From: an uncultured Gammaproteobacteria bacterium
Lineage (GTDB): Bacteria > Patescibacteriota > Patescibacteriia > Patescibacteriales > UBA12465
Length of the DNA: 47,731 nt
Direction of reading: 5' to 3'
NCBI GenBank assembly: GCA_964446775.1
Contig: CAYURA010000001.1
Coordinates: 1-47,731, forward strand
Under the pieces are notes generated by a model. The model searched no databases. It saw only the letters and a list, made by a program, of their open reading frames with translations, and was not told where the DNA came from. The translations under genes and the position numbers were made by a program. This document shows, piece by piece, positions 25,517 to 34,812 of the stretch (positions within the stretch are counted from its first letter, which is position 1; each line of letters begins with the position of its first letter).

Positions 25517-27024
25517 TTTTTTAAACTAAAAATCATAGATTTTATCTTCTCTAATAAGCTAGGGCCGGCATATTTTATTTTAATCTTCTTTAGCTCAATG
25601 AACACCTCTTCATTATCAAATAGTCTTAAGCCTGGAACTGAGAGAATTAAATTATATTGATTATTTTCACGATACAAGTCAGAAGTCTTAAAACTTAAAT
25701 TGCTACGATACCAACCATCACCAAGCGGTTCAGCATCTTCATAACTAGCTAAAATATAATCAATCCTATCATCTTTTAAAGAAAATCGATCAAGACGTAA
25801 ATAACTTGGATTAAGTAGTCCTAAATCAGAAAAAGAGAAAATACCATCATTGGCTAAAATGGGGCCGCCACGTTCTAGCTTAATTTCCTTGATTGAGCCT
25901 AAGCCAGCTTCAATTTCATATTGTTTGTATATTTCAGATAATTCTACGTCAATACCATCAAATCTAATCGTTTGTAAATCTAAAGGACTCAGAGCTTTAA
26001 CTTGTAAATAATTTGAATCTGTATAAACCTTAACTTGTTCATCAGTAAATGGCCACATCTTATTTATCACACTTAAATAAGATGAATTAACTCCTAAATC
26101 CATTATCACTATATCATCATTATTCCTTAGTTCTAGTTTATATAAACCAGTTGCTAGATTTTCTTGTCTTAGGCTAAAAGGGATATCTTCACTCTCTTCA
26201 CCGCTTAATTCTTTTTCAGCTCGTAAATCTTCAATCTTTAAACTAGCCACTACTTGCTTATCCTTTAAAACTATTAACTCAAAATCATCCAAATCTTTAT
26301 TCTCATTAAGATCCATAAAAGAACCTTTTAAATCTAAAAATCCATGAGCTAAATAAATATAAAACTGATGTGATCCTCTCAAAGCATAAGCTAGGTTAAT
26401 TTGATTTGACTCTAAAATATTTCCCAACTGCTTAGCTGGAATAATATCATCATTAATATTATATAAAGCTAGACAATCATCAAGTTCACAAAGTTTTTGA
26501 TCATTTTGTTTTAAGGCCATTATAAACTCAGCTAAGCTAGTAAACTTTTGCTCTTTCTGTCTTAAGCTTAAATCACTAGAACCAATAGTTGACCAAGTAT
26601 CGAATGACTCCTCTAATAGATAATTATAGACTGGCTTTAATTGATAGCGCCAAAGCTTAGAATCAGCTAAAAACCCAGCTTCAAAAATTGCTTGCTTGTC
26701 GGTTAAATGAGGGCGATATATTATTTCTAAATCTATTTTTTGAAATGCTCGCGGACTAAAAATAGATAAATATAATGGATCAGCTAAAATTCTAAGTTCT
26801 CCATTCAGACCATACTCATAGCGGTCATTTGGCGACGGCTCGGTTAAACAATCAGGCCTAAATAAATTTACTAATTTTTTATTACTATAATTTTTTTGGC
26901 AAGTCCATGTACCCCGTGGAGCTAAGCACTCTATAAATAAAAAAAAGACTAGCAAAAAAAATAATGTTATAAAGAATATATTCAATTTAGATGTTTTAAC
27001 CTTCAATTTCATAATTAAAATCAT
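25513..27024 (-). CDS. Membrane-anchored extracytoplasmic protein, 503 aa (hypothetical)
   Basis: N-terminal TM helix IFFITLFFLLVFFLFI followed by a long soluble region with no motif I recognise. TGA stop. Confidence 0.65.
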   Translation of the reverse strand: MILIMKLKVKTSKLNIFFITLFFLLVFFLFIECLAPRGTWTCQKNYSNKKLVNLFRPDCLTEPSPNDRYEYGLNGELRILADPLYLSIFSPRAFQKIDLEIIYRPHLTDKQAIFEAGFLADSKLWRYQLKPVYNYLLEESFDTWSTIGSSDLSLRQKEQKFTSLAEFIMALKQNDQKLCELDDCLALYNINDDIIPAKQLGNILESNQINLAYALRGSHQFYIYLAHGFLDLKGSFMDLNENKDLDDFELIVLKDKQVVASLKIEDLRAEKELSGEESEDIPFSLRQENLATGLYKLELRNNDDIVIMDLGVNSSYLSVINKMWPFTDEQVKVYTDSNYLQVKALSPLDLQTIRFDGIDVELSEIYKQYEIEAGLGSIKEIKLERGGPILANDGIFSFSDLGLLNPSYLRLDRFSLKDDRIDYILASYEDAEPLGDGWYRSNLSFKTSDLYRENNQYNLILSVPGLRLFDNEEVFIELKKIKIKYAGPSLLEKIKSMIFSLKK

Positions 27025-27066
27025 TACTAAATCTATTATACTAAGATTACCCCTAAATTAACAGGC

Positions 27067-27097
27067 ATCAAAAAAACCTCTTTTGTTAAAGAGGTTT
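27067..27097 (-). terminator. Rho-independent terminator after rpoC
   Basis: Minus strand AAACCTCTTT-AACA-AAAGAGGTTT (10-bp perfect stem) followed by TTTT, 15 nt after the rpoC stop. Confidence 0.7.
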
Positions 27098-27112
27098 CTT
27101 TGCTAAACTTAA

Positions 27113-30100
27113 TTATTTCTTTTTCTTAACCTCTGCCTGTATGCCCTCATATTCATCTCGTACTTTTTTCCCTTTATAACCAGTACCAGCAGGTATTAGA
27201 CGACCAATAATAACATTTTCTTTCAGCCCTTCCAGGTAATCAATCTTACCACCAATAGCTGCCTCAATTAATACTCGAGGGGTCTCTTGAAAAGAGGCCG
27301 CCGACAGGAAGCTGTCAGTAGTCAGAGAAGCTTTAGTGATTCCCATCAATAATTTATCAGCTTTTGCCTTCTCCTTAACTTGTTTATTCGCTCGATAAAA
27401 TACCTCTGCCTCAACTATTTCACCTGGTAACATAATAGTGTCACCATGATCTTGAATCAAATATCTAGAGAACATTTGCCGAGCAATAATCTCCACGTGC
27501 TTATCATTTAATGGCTGACCTTGAGAAGAATAAACATATTGAATTTCACTGATAATATACTTTTGAGTTGCTAGTTCACCTTTAAGTTGGTAGAGCTCAC
27601 GTAAATCTAGGCTTCCTTCGGTCAATTGATCACCTTTTTTAACCACATCGCCATCTTTAATCATTAACATTGTTCCCTTTAAAATAGAGAACTCTTTGAC
27701 CTTATCAACCTCCCGAGACAAAGAAACATATTTATCACTTAAGAAAACAATACCAGAGCTTTTTGACTTAACACTTTCACCGCCAACCTTAAATAACTCT
27801 TGGCCCTTAGCAACTTTATCTCCTTCTTTAACCAGAGTTATTGCCTTTAAAGCTTTTTTGTCCTTAGCTGTCTTGCCCTTAACTAACTTCAACTCATTAA
27901 TCTTCTCAGAAAAATAATATTTTTCTTGATCTAAGCCTCGATATTTAAGTTGGAGTATTTTAGCTTGCGGATTTGGGACGGTAATATCCTTACCATTTTG
28001 ATCTTTAATAATTTTCTGAGCAAACTCAATTTTAACGCTTCCATCAACATCTGACATTAGAGCTTTTCTTTTTGGACTACGAGCCTCAAAAATTTCTTCA
28101 ACCCTTGGGAGACCCTGAGTAATATCATCTGAGCCAGCCACACCACCTGAATGGAAAGTTCTCATAGTTAGCTGCGTCCCTGGCTCACCAATAGATTGAG
28201 CAGCTATAATACCGACTGAGGCTCCCAATTTAACCAATTTATTATAAGCTAGATCCCAGCCATAACAATGAGCACAAACACCTTTCTGTAATTTACAACT
28301 TAAAGCCGATCGTAAATATATTTTAGTAAGACCTTTAGCTTTAAATTCTTTAATTAACTCTTCATCAATCAAAACACCAGCCTTAGCTAATTTTTTATTT
28401 TTTTCGCCTAATAAATCCTGAGCTAAATAACGACCAATCATTTTCTTATAAAAATCTTCACCAGCATTCTCGCTTTCAGTAATCGTGTATAAAACTCCCT
28501 CATTATCACCACAATCATCTTCAGTCACAATCACATCTTGAGCCACATCAATTAGACGACGAGTTAAATAGCCGGCATTAGCCGTTCTTAAAGCCGTATC
28601 TGATAAACCCTTACGCACGCCATGAGTAGAAATAAAATATTCTAAAACTCCAAAACCTTCTTTAAAGTTACCTTTTACTGGTAATTCAATAATCGCTCCT
28701 GATGGTGAAGTCACTAGTCCCTTCATGCCTAAGATTTGAACTGGCTGTGCCCATGATCCACGAGCGCCAGAATCAATCATTGAATAAACTGGTAAAATAT
28801 TAATTAAACCTGCCTTACAAACCTCAGCCACCTTGTCTTTAGTATTACTCCATTCTTCAATTACTTTGGCATAACGCTCACTTTCTGTTAACAGTCCCTC
28901 ATCATATTGTTCTTGAATTAAATCTACCATTTTATTAGCCTCATTAATCAAACGATCTTTTTCTGGTAAGTGTGGTAAATCACCAAAACCCCAAGAAAGA
29001 CCTGATTTGGTAATAAAGGCTAAACTTTTATTCTTAATAGTATCAATTACTCTCACTGTTTCCTCCTCAGAATACAGACGTAGACACTCTCTAATCAAAT
29101 CTTTTAATTTATTTTTACCTACGACTTCGTTAATAAATCTTAATTTTTCTGGAATTAAATAGTTAAATATAACCCGTCCAGCAGTAGTTCTTATTCTTTC
29201 TCCGTTAACCTTAACCATGATTGGTTCATTAAGAGCAATAAACTTATTGTCATAAGCTAAAATAGCCTCATTACCATCATAAAAATGTCTCAACTCTTCT
29301 GTTTTCTTTTCTTTTCCAGCTGGATCTTCTAAAGTAATATAATATGTTCCCCAAACAATATCTTGACCAGGAGCGACAATTGGATCACCAGTAGCTGGTT
29401 TTAATAAATTATGAGTAGAAAGCATAATCTCAGCTGCTTCTTGTTTAGCTTCTTTAGTTAAGGGCACATGAACTGCCATTTGATCACCATCAAAATCAGC
29501 ATTAAACGCCGTACAAACAAGTGGATGAATCTGAATAGCCTTACCTTCAATTAATACTGGTTTAAAAGCTTGAATACCTAAGCGATGCAAAGTTGGCGCA
29601 CGATTTAGTAGCACATAGGCCTCCTTTACCGTTTCCTCTAAAATGTCCCATACTTCATCATGCCCAGCCTCAATATAACGAGAGGCACTACGAACATTGT
29701 GTACAATTTCTCGTTTAATTAGTTGGCTAATGATAAATGGTTTAAATAATTCTAAAGCCATTATTTTTGGTAAGCCACATTGGTCAAGATTCAATCTAGG
29801 ATTAACCACAATAACACTACGGCCAGAATAGTCCACCCGCTTACCTAATAGGTTTTGGCGAAAGCGTCCTTGCTTACCCTTTAATCCATCTGCTAAAGAC
29901 TTAAGTTGTCTTTTTTGGCCGGTTGAAGCGGTAACTGTCTTGGTGTGGCGAGCACTATTATCAATCAAAGCATCAACTGCTTCTTGTAGCATTCTCTTTT
30001 CATTGCGGCAAATAACTTCTGGCGCATTAAGGTCAGTTAATTGTCTTAAACGATTATTACGATTAATAACTCGACGATATAAATCATTTAAATCTGAAGC

Positions 30101-31078
30101 AGCAAAACGACCGCCATCTAGAGCCACCATTGGTCTTAAATCTGGCGGGACTACAGGCACGGTAGTCATTACCATCCATTCCGGACGTAAATTATTATTG
30201 TGGAAATTATTTAGTAGCTTCAAACGTTTAACTAATTTATCACGTTTAGATTCAACTACATCCACTAACTTAGCCTCAACATTATCAATACTCTTTTTTA
30301 AATCTATCTTTTCCAAAAGATAGCGGATTGCCTCCGCTCCAATCCCTGCTTCAAATAAATGACCAAATTTTAAACTGAGATTTTGGTATTGATGCTCGGA
30401 TAGAATTAATAGTGGCTTTAGCTCCTTCAATTCTTTTGTAACCTGAGCAAAGTCTTCATCTAATTCACCTATTTTGTTGTCCTTTTCAAGATTTATCGCC
30501 TTTAATTCTCCACTAAGATCATGATCTTTATCCTTTGTCTTAGCCTCATTAATCTTTTTAGTTTTTTGAATATATTCACTCTCAATACTTTTCTTTTTTG
30601 ATTTGTATTCAGCCTTTACTTGTTCAATGGCCGCTTCTTTCATTCCCTCGTCAACCGAAGTCACAATAAAGCTAGCAAAATAGATAACTTTTTCTAATGA
30701 TTGGATACCAAGCCCGAGTAATAATCCAATTTTAGAAGAGATGCCTCTTAGGAACCAAATATGAGTACAAGGAATTTGCAAAGAGATATGTCCCATTCGT
30801 TCACGACGAACAATACTTCGAGTTACCTCTACTCCACACTTATCACAAACAATCCCTTTATAGCGTATTTTTTTATATTTACCACAAGCACACTCCCAAT
30901 CCTTAGTTGGGCCAAATATTTTTTCACAGAATAAGCCGTCTTTCTCAGGTTTCTGCGTGCGATAATTAATGGTTTCTGGCCGAACGACTTCACCATGAGT
31001 CCAAGAAAGAATCTCTTCAGGTGAAGCTAATTTCAGTCGGATAGCATCAAAATCGCTTGTTTTAATAGGATTTAACAT
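27113..31078 (-). CDS. rpoC: DNA-directed RNA polymerase subunit beta prime
   Basis: NADFDGDQMAVH catalytic loop, N-terminal zinc motif CACGKY...CDKCGVE, full-length collinear conservation; 1321 aa. Confidence 0.98.
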   Translation of the reverse strand: MLNPIKTSDFDAIRLKLASPEEILSWTHGEVVRPETINYRTQKPEKDGLFCEKIFGPTKDWECACGKYKKIRYKGIVCDKCGVEVTRSIVRRERMGHISLQIPCTHIWFLRGISSKIGLLLGLGIQSLEKVIYFASFIVTSVDEGMKEAAIEQVKAEYKSKKKSIESEYIQKTKKINEAKTKDKDHDLSGELKAINLEKDNKIGELDEDFAQVTKELKELKPLLILSEHQYQNLSLKFGHLFEAGIGAEAIRYLLEKIDLKKSIDNVEAKLVDVVESKRDKLVKRLKLLNNFHNNNLRPEWMVMTTVPVVPPDLRPMVALDGGRFAASDLNDLYRRVINRNNRLRQLTDLNAPEVICRNEKRMLQEAVDALIDNSARHTKTVTASTGQKRQLKSLADGLKGKQGRFRQNLLGKRVDYSGRSVIVVNPRLNLDQCGLPKIMALELFKPFIISQLIKREIVHNVRSASRYIEAGHDEVWDILEETVKEAYVLLNRAPTLHRLGIQAFKPVLIEGKAIQIHPLVCTAFNADFDGDQMAVHVPLTKEAKQEAAEIMLSTHNLLKPATGDPIVAPGQDIVWGTYYITLEDPAGKEKKTEELRHFYDGNEAILAYDNKFIALNEPIMVKVNGERIRTTAGRVIFNYLIPEKLRFINEVVGKNKLKDLIRECLRLYSEEETVRVIDTIKNKSLAFITKSGLSWGFGDLPHLPEKDRLINEANKMVDLIQEQYDEGLLTESERYAKVIEEWSNTKDKVAEVCKAGLINILPVYSMIDSGARGSWAQPVQILGMKGLVTSPSGAIIELPVKGNFKEGFGVLEYFISTHGVRKGLSDTALRTANAGYLTRRLIDVAQDVIVTEDDCGDNEGVLYTITESENAGEDFYKKMIGRYLAQDLLGEKNKKLAKAGVLIDEELIKEFKAKGLTKIYLRSALSCKLQKGVCAHCYGWDLAYNKLVKLGASVGIIAAQSIGEPGTQLTMRTFHSGGVAGSDDITQGLPRVEEIFEARSPKRKALMSDVDGSVKIEFAQKIIKDQNGKDITVPNPQAKILQLKYRGLDQEKYYFSEKINELKLVKGKTAKDKKALKAITLVKEGDKVAKGQELFKVGGESVKSKSSGIVFLSDKYVSLSREVDKVKEFSILKGTMLMIKDGDVVKKGDQLTEGSLDLRELYQLKGELATQKYIISEIQYVYSSQGQPLNDKHVEIIARQMFSRYLIQDHGDTIMLPGEIVEAEVFYRANKQVKEKAKADKLLMGITKASLTTDSFLSAASFQETPRVLIEAAIGGKIDYLEGLKENVIIGRLIPAGTGYKGKKVRDEYEGIQAEVKKKK

Positions 31079-31114
31079 ATTTATTATAATAATTGATAAG
31101 AAAACAAAAAAATT

Positions 31115-34100
31115 TTATTTAACCTCTAGGTCCTCAGCAGGGATTATATTTTCTGGATTAACTAACAATTCAGGCTTTTCATAGTCAAAACGCTCGTCCT
31201 TTTTCTCCTCTAAATCAAACTCAGTGGCCACCTCAGAAGCTGGTTCTTCACCAGGTCCACCAAGAAGTTCTACTCCTAAACCCAAGCCCTTAAGTTCCCT
31301 GATTAAAACATTAAAGGACTCAGGAACATTCAATTTCTCAATCTCCTCACCTTTAATAATTGCCTCATAAGCTTTTGAGCGGCCAGGCACATCGTCAGAT
31401 TTAATAGTTAACATTTCTTGTAAAGTATGAGAAGCCCCATATCCTTCAAGGGCCCAAACTTCCATTTCACCAAAACGCTGTCCACCAAACTGAGCTTTAC
31501 CACCTAAAGGTTGTTGAGTAATAAGGGAGTAGGGGCCGATGGAGCGTTGATGAATTTTGTCTTCCACCATATGATTAAGCTTCAACACATACTTATAGCC
31601 AACCGTAATCTTATTATCATATGGTTCACCAGTGCGGCCATCAAATAAATTAATTTTTCCATCTTCTGGTAATCCAGCCCTAATTAATTCCGCTTTAATA
31701 ATATCTTCACTGATACCATTTAAGGCTGGAGTTGCCACTTTATAACCAAGTTTTTGTACAGCAAAACCCAAATGAGTTTCAAGTAATTGGCCTAGATTCA
31801 TACGAGAAATAATACCTAGAGGTGATAAAATGATATCAATTGGTGTGCCATCTTCCATATAGGGCATATCCTCAGTGGGCACAACTCGAGAAATAACTCC
31901 TTTATTACCATGACGGCCAGACATTTTATCTCCCACTTGAATCTTTCTTAAATTAGCAATTGAGACTTGAATTGATTGAAGCACTCCAGCTGCTAGTCGG
32001 TCACCTTCTTCACGAGAAAAAATCTTGATATCAACTACTTTACCATGTTCGCCATGTTCTAAATATAATGAAGAATCCCGAACGTCTTTAGCTTTTTCAC
32101 CAAAAATAGCCCGCAATAATTTTTCTTCAGCTGATAAAGTCGTCTCACCTTTAGGAGTTATTTTACCAACTAAAATATCACCCGAAGAAACTTCTGCTCC
32201 AATATGAATGATCCCATCTTCATCTAAATTTTTTAATTTCTCTTCACTTATATTAGGGATGTCATTGGTAATAACTTCTGATCCTAATTTAGTATCACGA
32301 ACATCAATCGTATAGTTCTCAATATGAATAGAGGAATAGACATCATCCTTAACTAAGCGTTCCGAAATAATAATAGCGTCTTCATAGTTAAAGCCGTCCC
32401 AGGTCATAAAAGCTACCAAAACATTACGCCCTAAAGCTAATTCACCATTATCAATAGCTGGACCATCAGACAATATCTGACCGACTTTTATCTTATCACC
32501 CAAGAGAACACAAGGATGCTGATTAATACAAGTTGATGAGTTTGAGCGGACAAATTTATTCAAGTCATATTTTACCACCCCGTTCTTACTATTAGTTACC
32601 TCAATAGAAGCTGCTTCTAGCTTAGTCACCACCCCCGTCTCTTTAGCAATGACTACATGACCACTGTCAATAGCTGCTCTTGACTCAATACCAGTGCCTA
32701 CAATCGGCGCATCAGTAATAACCAAGGGAACTGCCTGACGTTGCATATTGGTACCCATAAGTGATCTTTGGCCATCGTTATGTTCCATGAAAGGTATAAG
32801 CGAAGTAGCAATAGAAATAATCTGATTTGCTGCTACCCCAACAAAATCAATCTTTTCAACATCTTCTAAACTTGGCTGACCTTGGCTACGGACTTCAAAA
32901 CGAGACACGGTAAAAACACCTTTTTCATTAACAGGGATAGTTGAATCGGCAATAATATATTTTTCTTCTTCAAAAGCGTCTAAAAAGACTATTTCATCTG
33001 TTATATGGCTAGCTTGTTTTGTATGCTTGACTCGACGATATGGAGATTCTAAAAAACCATAACTATTTAAACGAGCATAACTAGCTAAGTGGCCAAGCAA
33101 ACCAATATTTGGACCTTCTGGCGTGGCAATCGGACAAATACGTCCATAATGAGTAGTGTGTACATCACGAACATCAAAACCAGCCCGCTCACGACTCAAT
33201 CCGCCCGGCCCCATCGCTGATAAACGGCGCTTATGTTCTAGCTCGGCTAAGGGATTAGTCTGGTCCATAAACTGAGACAACTGAGACGACATAAAAAATT
33301 CTTTAACTACTCCAATAATTGGTCGTGAATTGACTAATTTATTAGGTGTTAGAGTAGCAATATCTGAAGTTGACATTCTGTCTTTAACAATTCTCTCCAT
33401 CCGAGCTAGACCAACTCGATAACGATTTTGAATTAAGCCACCAATAGCTCGAACCCGTCGATTACTTAAATGATCGATATCATCTTCTGGCTCTTTAGTA
33501 ATATTAAGACGAATAACCTCTTTAACTATTAGTAATAAATCTTCTTTACGTAGAACTCTATTCTCTTTTTTATTAGCTAAATTAAGATCAAAACGACGAT
33601 TTAATTTATAGCGACCAACTCGACCAAAATCATAACGGTCAAAACGGAAAAACATAGAATGAATTAATTGGCGCGCATTCTCCACTGAAGCCAAATCTCC
33701 TGGCCGGATGCGTCGATAGACTTCTTGCAGACCTTCAGCTTCATCTTTAGCAATATCTTTTTCAATGGTTGCCTCAATAAAACCTGGCTCATCATCCTTA
33801 ATCAAATCTACATCAGCAAAAAGTTTTATCAACTCTTCGTCACTTTCATAACCAAAAGCACGTAAAAGTGAAGTCACCGCTACTTTACGCTTACGATCAA
33901 TGCGCACCCAAATCACTTTATTAGAATCAGTCTCAATCTCTAACCAAGCTCCCCGATTAGGGATAACTTTAGCTCCATAACATTTCTTACCCTTAACAAA
34001 TTCAGCTGTAAACATTACACCGGCTGATCTAATAAGTTGAGAAACAACAACTCTCTCAATACCATTGATGATAAAGGTCCCCTTATCAGTCATGACAGGA

Positions 34101-34465
34101 AAGTCACCTAAATAGACTTCCTGATTAGAGCTCTCTCCAGTTTTTTTATTAAGTAATCGGGTCTTAACTCTTACAGGAGCTTCATAAGTAATATTTTTAT
34201 CACGACTTTCTAATTCAGTAAATTTAGGCTCATCCAAATAGTAATCTTCAAAATATAATTCTAAATCACGACCAATAAAATCGCTTATTGGGTTAATTTC
34301 ATCAAAAAGTTCAGCTAAGCCTTCTTCTAAAAACCAGCGATAGGAATCTTTTTGAATTTCAATTAAATCTGGCAATGGTATTTCTGCCTTAAAATCGGTG
34401 AAGAAATGGCGTTCAACAATTTTTTTGTCCATAGTGCTAATTTTTGGCATATAAGAAAAGGGCAC
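31115..34465 (-). CDS. rpoB: DNA-directed RNA polymerase subunit beta
   Basis: SGRHGNKGVISRV, NYEDAI, GGQRFGEMEVWALE motifs. The track start is GTG at 34465; ATGs at 34450 (MPKIS) and 34432 (MDKK) are equally plausible. Confidence 0.98.
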   Translation of the reverse strand: MPFSYMPKISTMDKKIVERHFFTDFKAEIPLPDLIEIQKDSYRWFLEEGLAELFDEINPISDFIGRDLELYFEDYYLDEPKFTELESRDKNITYEAPVRVKTRLLNKKTGESSNQEVYLGDFPVMTDKGTFIINGIERVVVSQLIRSAGVMFTAEFVKGKKCYGAKVIPNRGAWLEIETDSNKVIWVRIDRKRKVAVTSLLRAFGYESDEELIKLFADVDLIKDDEPGFIEATIEKDIAKDEAEGLQEVYRRIRPGDLASVENARQLIHSMFFRFDRYDFGRVGRYKLNRRFDLNLANKKENRVLRKEDLLLIVKEVIRLNITKEPEDDIDHLSNRRVRAIGGLIQNRYRVGLARMERIVKDRMSTSDIATLTPNKLVNSRPIIGVVKEFFMSSQLSQFMDQTNPLAELEHKRRLSAMGPGGLSRERAGFDVRDVHTTHYGRICPIATPEGPNIGLLGHLASYARLNSYGFLESPYRRVKHTKQASHITDEIVFLDAFEEEKYIIADSTIPVNEKGVFTVSRFEVRSQGQPSLEDVEKIDFVGVAANQIISIATSLIPFMEHNDGQRSLMGTNMQRQAVPLVITDAPIVGTGIESRAAIDSGHVVIAKETGVVTKLEAASIEVTNSKNGVVKYDLNKFVRSNSSTCINQHPCVLLGDKIKVGQILSDGPAIDNGELALGRNVLVAFMTWDGFNYEDAIIISERLVKDDVYSSIHIENYTIDVRDTKLGSEVITNDIPNISEEKLKNLDEDGIIHIGAEVSSGDILVGKITPKGETTLSAEEKLLRAIFGEKAKDVRDSSLYLEHGEHGKVVDIKIFSREEGDRLAAGVLQSIQVSIANLRKIQVGDKMSGRHGNKGVISRVVPTEDMPYMEDGTPIDIILSPLGIISRMNLGQLLETHLGFAVQKLGYKVATPALNGISEDIIKAELIRAGLPEDGKINLFDGRTGEPYDNKITVGYKYVLKLNHMVEDKIHQRSIGPYSLITQQPLGGKAQFGGQRFGEMEVWALEGYGASHTLQEMLTIKSDDVPGRSKAYEAIIKGEEIEKLNVPESFNVLIRELKGLGLGVELLGGPGEEPASEVATEFDLEEKKDERFDYEKPELLVNPENIIPAEDLEVK

Positions 34466-34748
34466 AAAAGAGTCACTAACTATACTAGATACTTAGCGAC
34501 TATCTGGCTTAAATTTTATTGCTTTGATGAGATGGCGCATCAACAAAAAAATCCCAAACTTAAAATAAGCTTGAGTTGCAAATTTTTATTTAATTGCGCG
34601 TTAATTTTATAATCACTTTAGAAAAACCTAATTTATAAAGTGAATTTCTCTAAAAAAACAAAAAAAACGGATGGTGTGCTAAAATAAATTTTTTGCTATT
34701 ACCGACCGTCCTTAATGAATTTTTATCTGAAAACCGATTGTATTACTT

Positions 34749-34777
34749 ATAATATTACAATCCAGGATATTTGTCAA
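34749..34777 (-). promoter_or_regulatory. Candidate sigma70-type promoter upstream of rpoB
   Basis: Minus strand TTGACA - 17 nt - TATTAT. It would give a leader of about 280-310 nt before rpoB. Confidence 0.4.
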
Positions 34778-34812
34778 TACACAGAATATCCACAGCTCAC
34801 TAAACTAATTAT

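Noticed and set aside
29940-30323. 127-aa plus-strand ORF antisense to rpoC. Similar antisense ORFs lie in rpoC (27696..27917), rpoB (32025..32207), lepA (21693..21896, 22935..23126), recJ (20991..21191), yebC (43753..43995), gpmA (45198..45425) and the M23 gene (46479..47046).
   Set aside because: They overlap highly conserved housekeeping genes on the opposite strand. They have Ser/Leu/Arg-rich mirror-frame composition and no independent support.
34406-34612. 68-aa plus-strand ORF spanning the rpoB start and part of the upstream non-coding region.
   Set aside because: It overlaps the rpoB N-terminus antisense, has no motif, and has no start context. Treated as non-coding.
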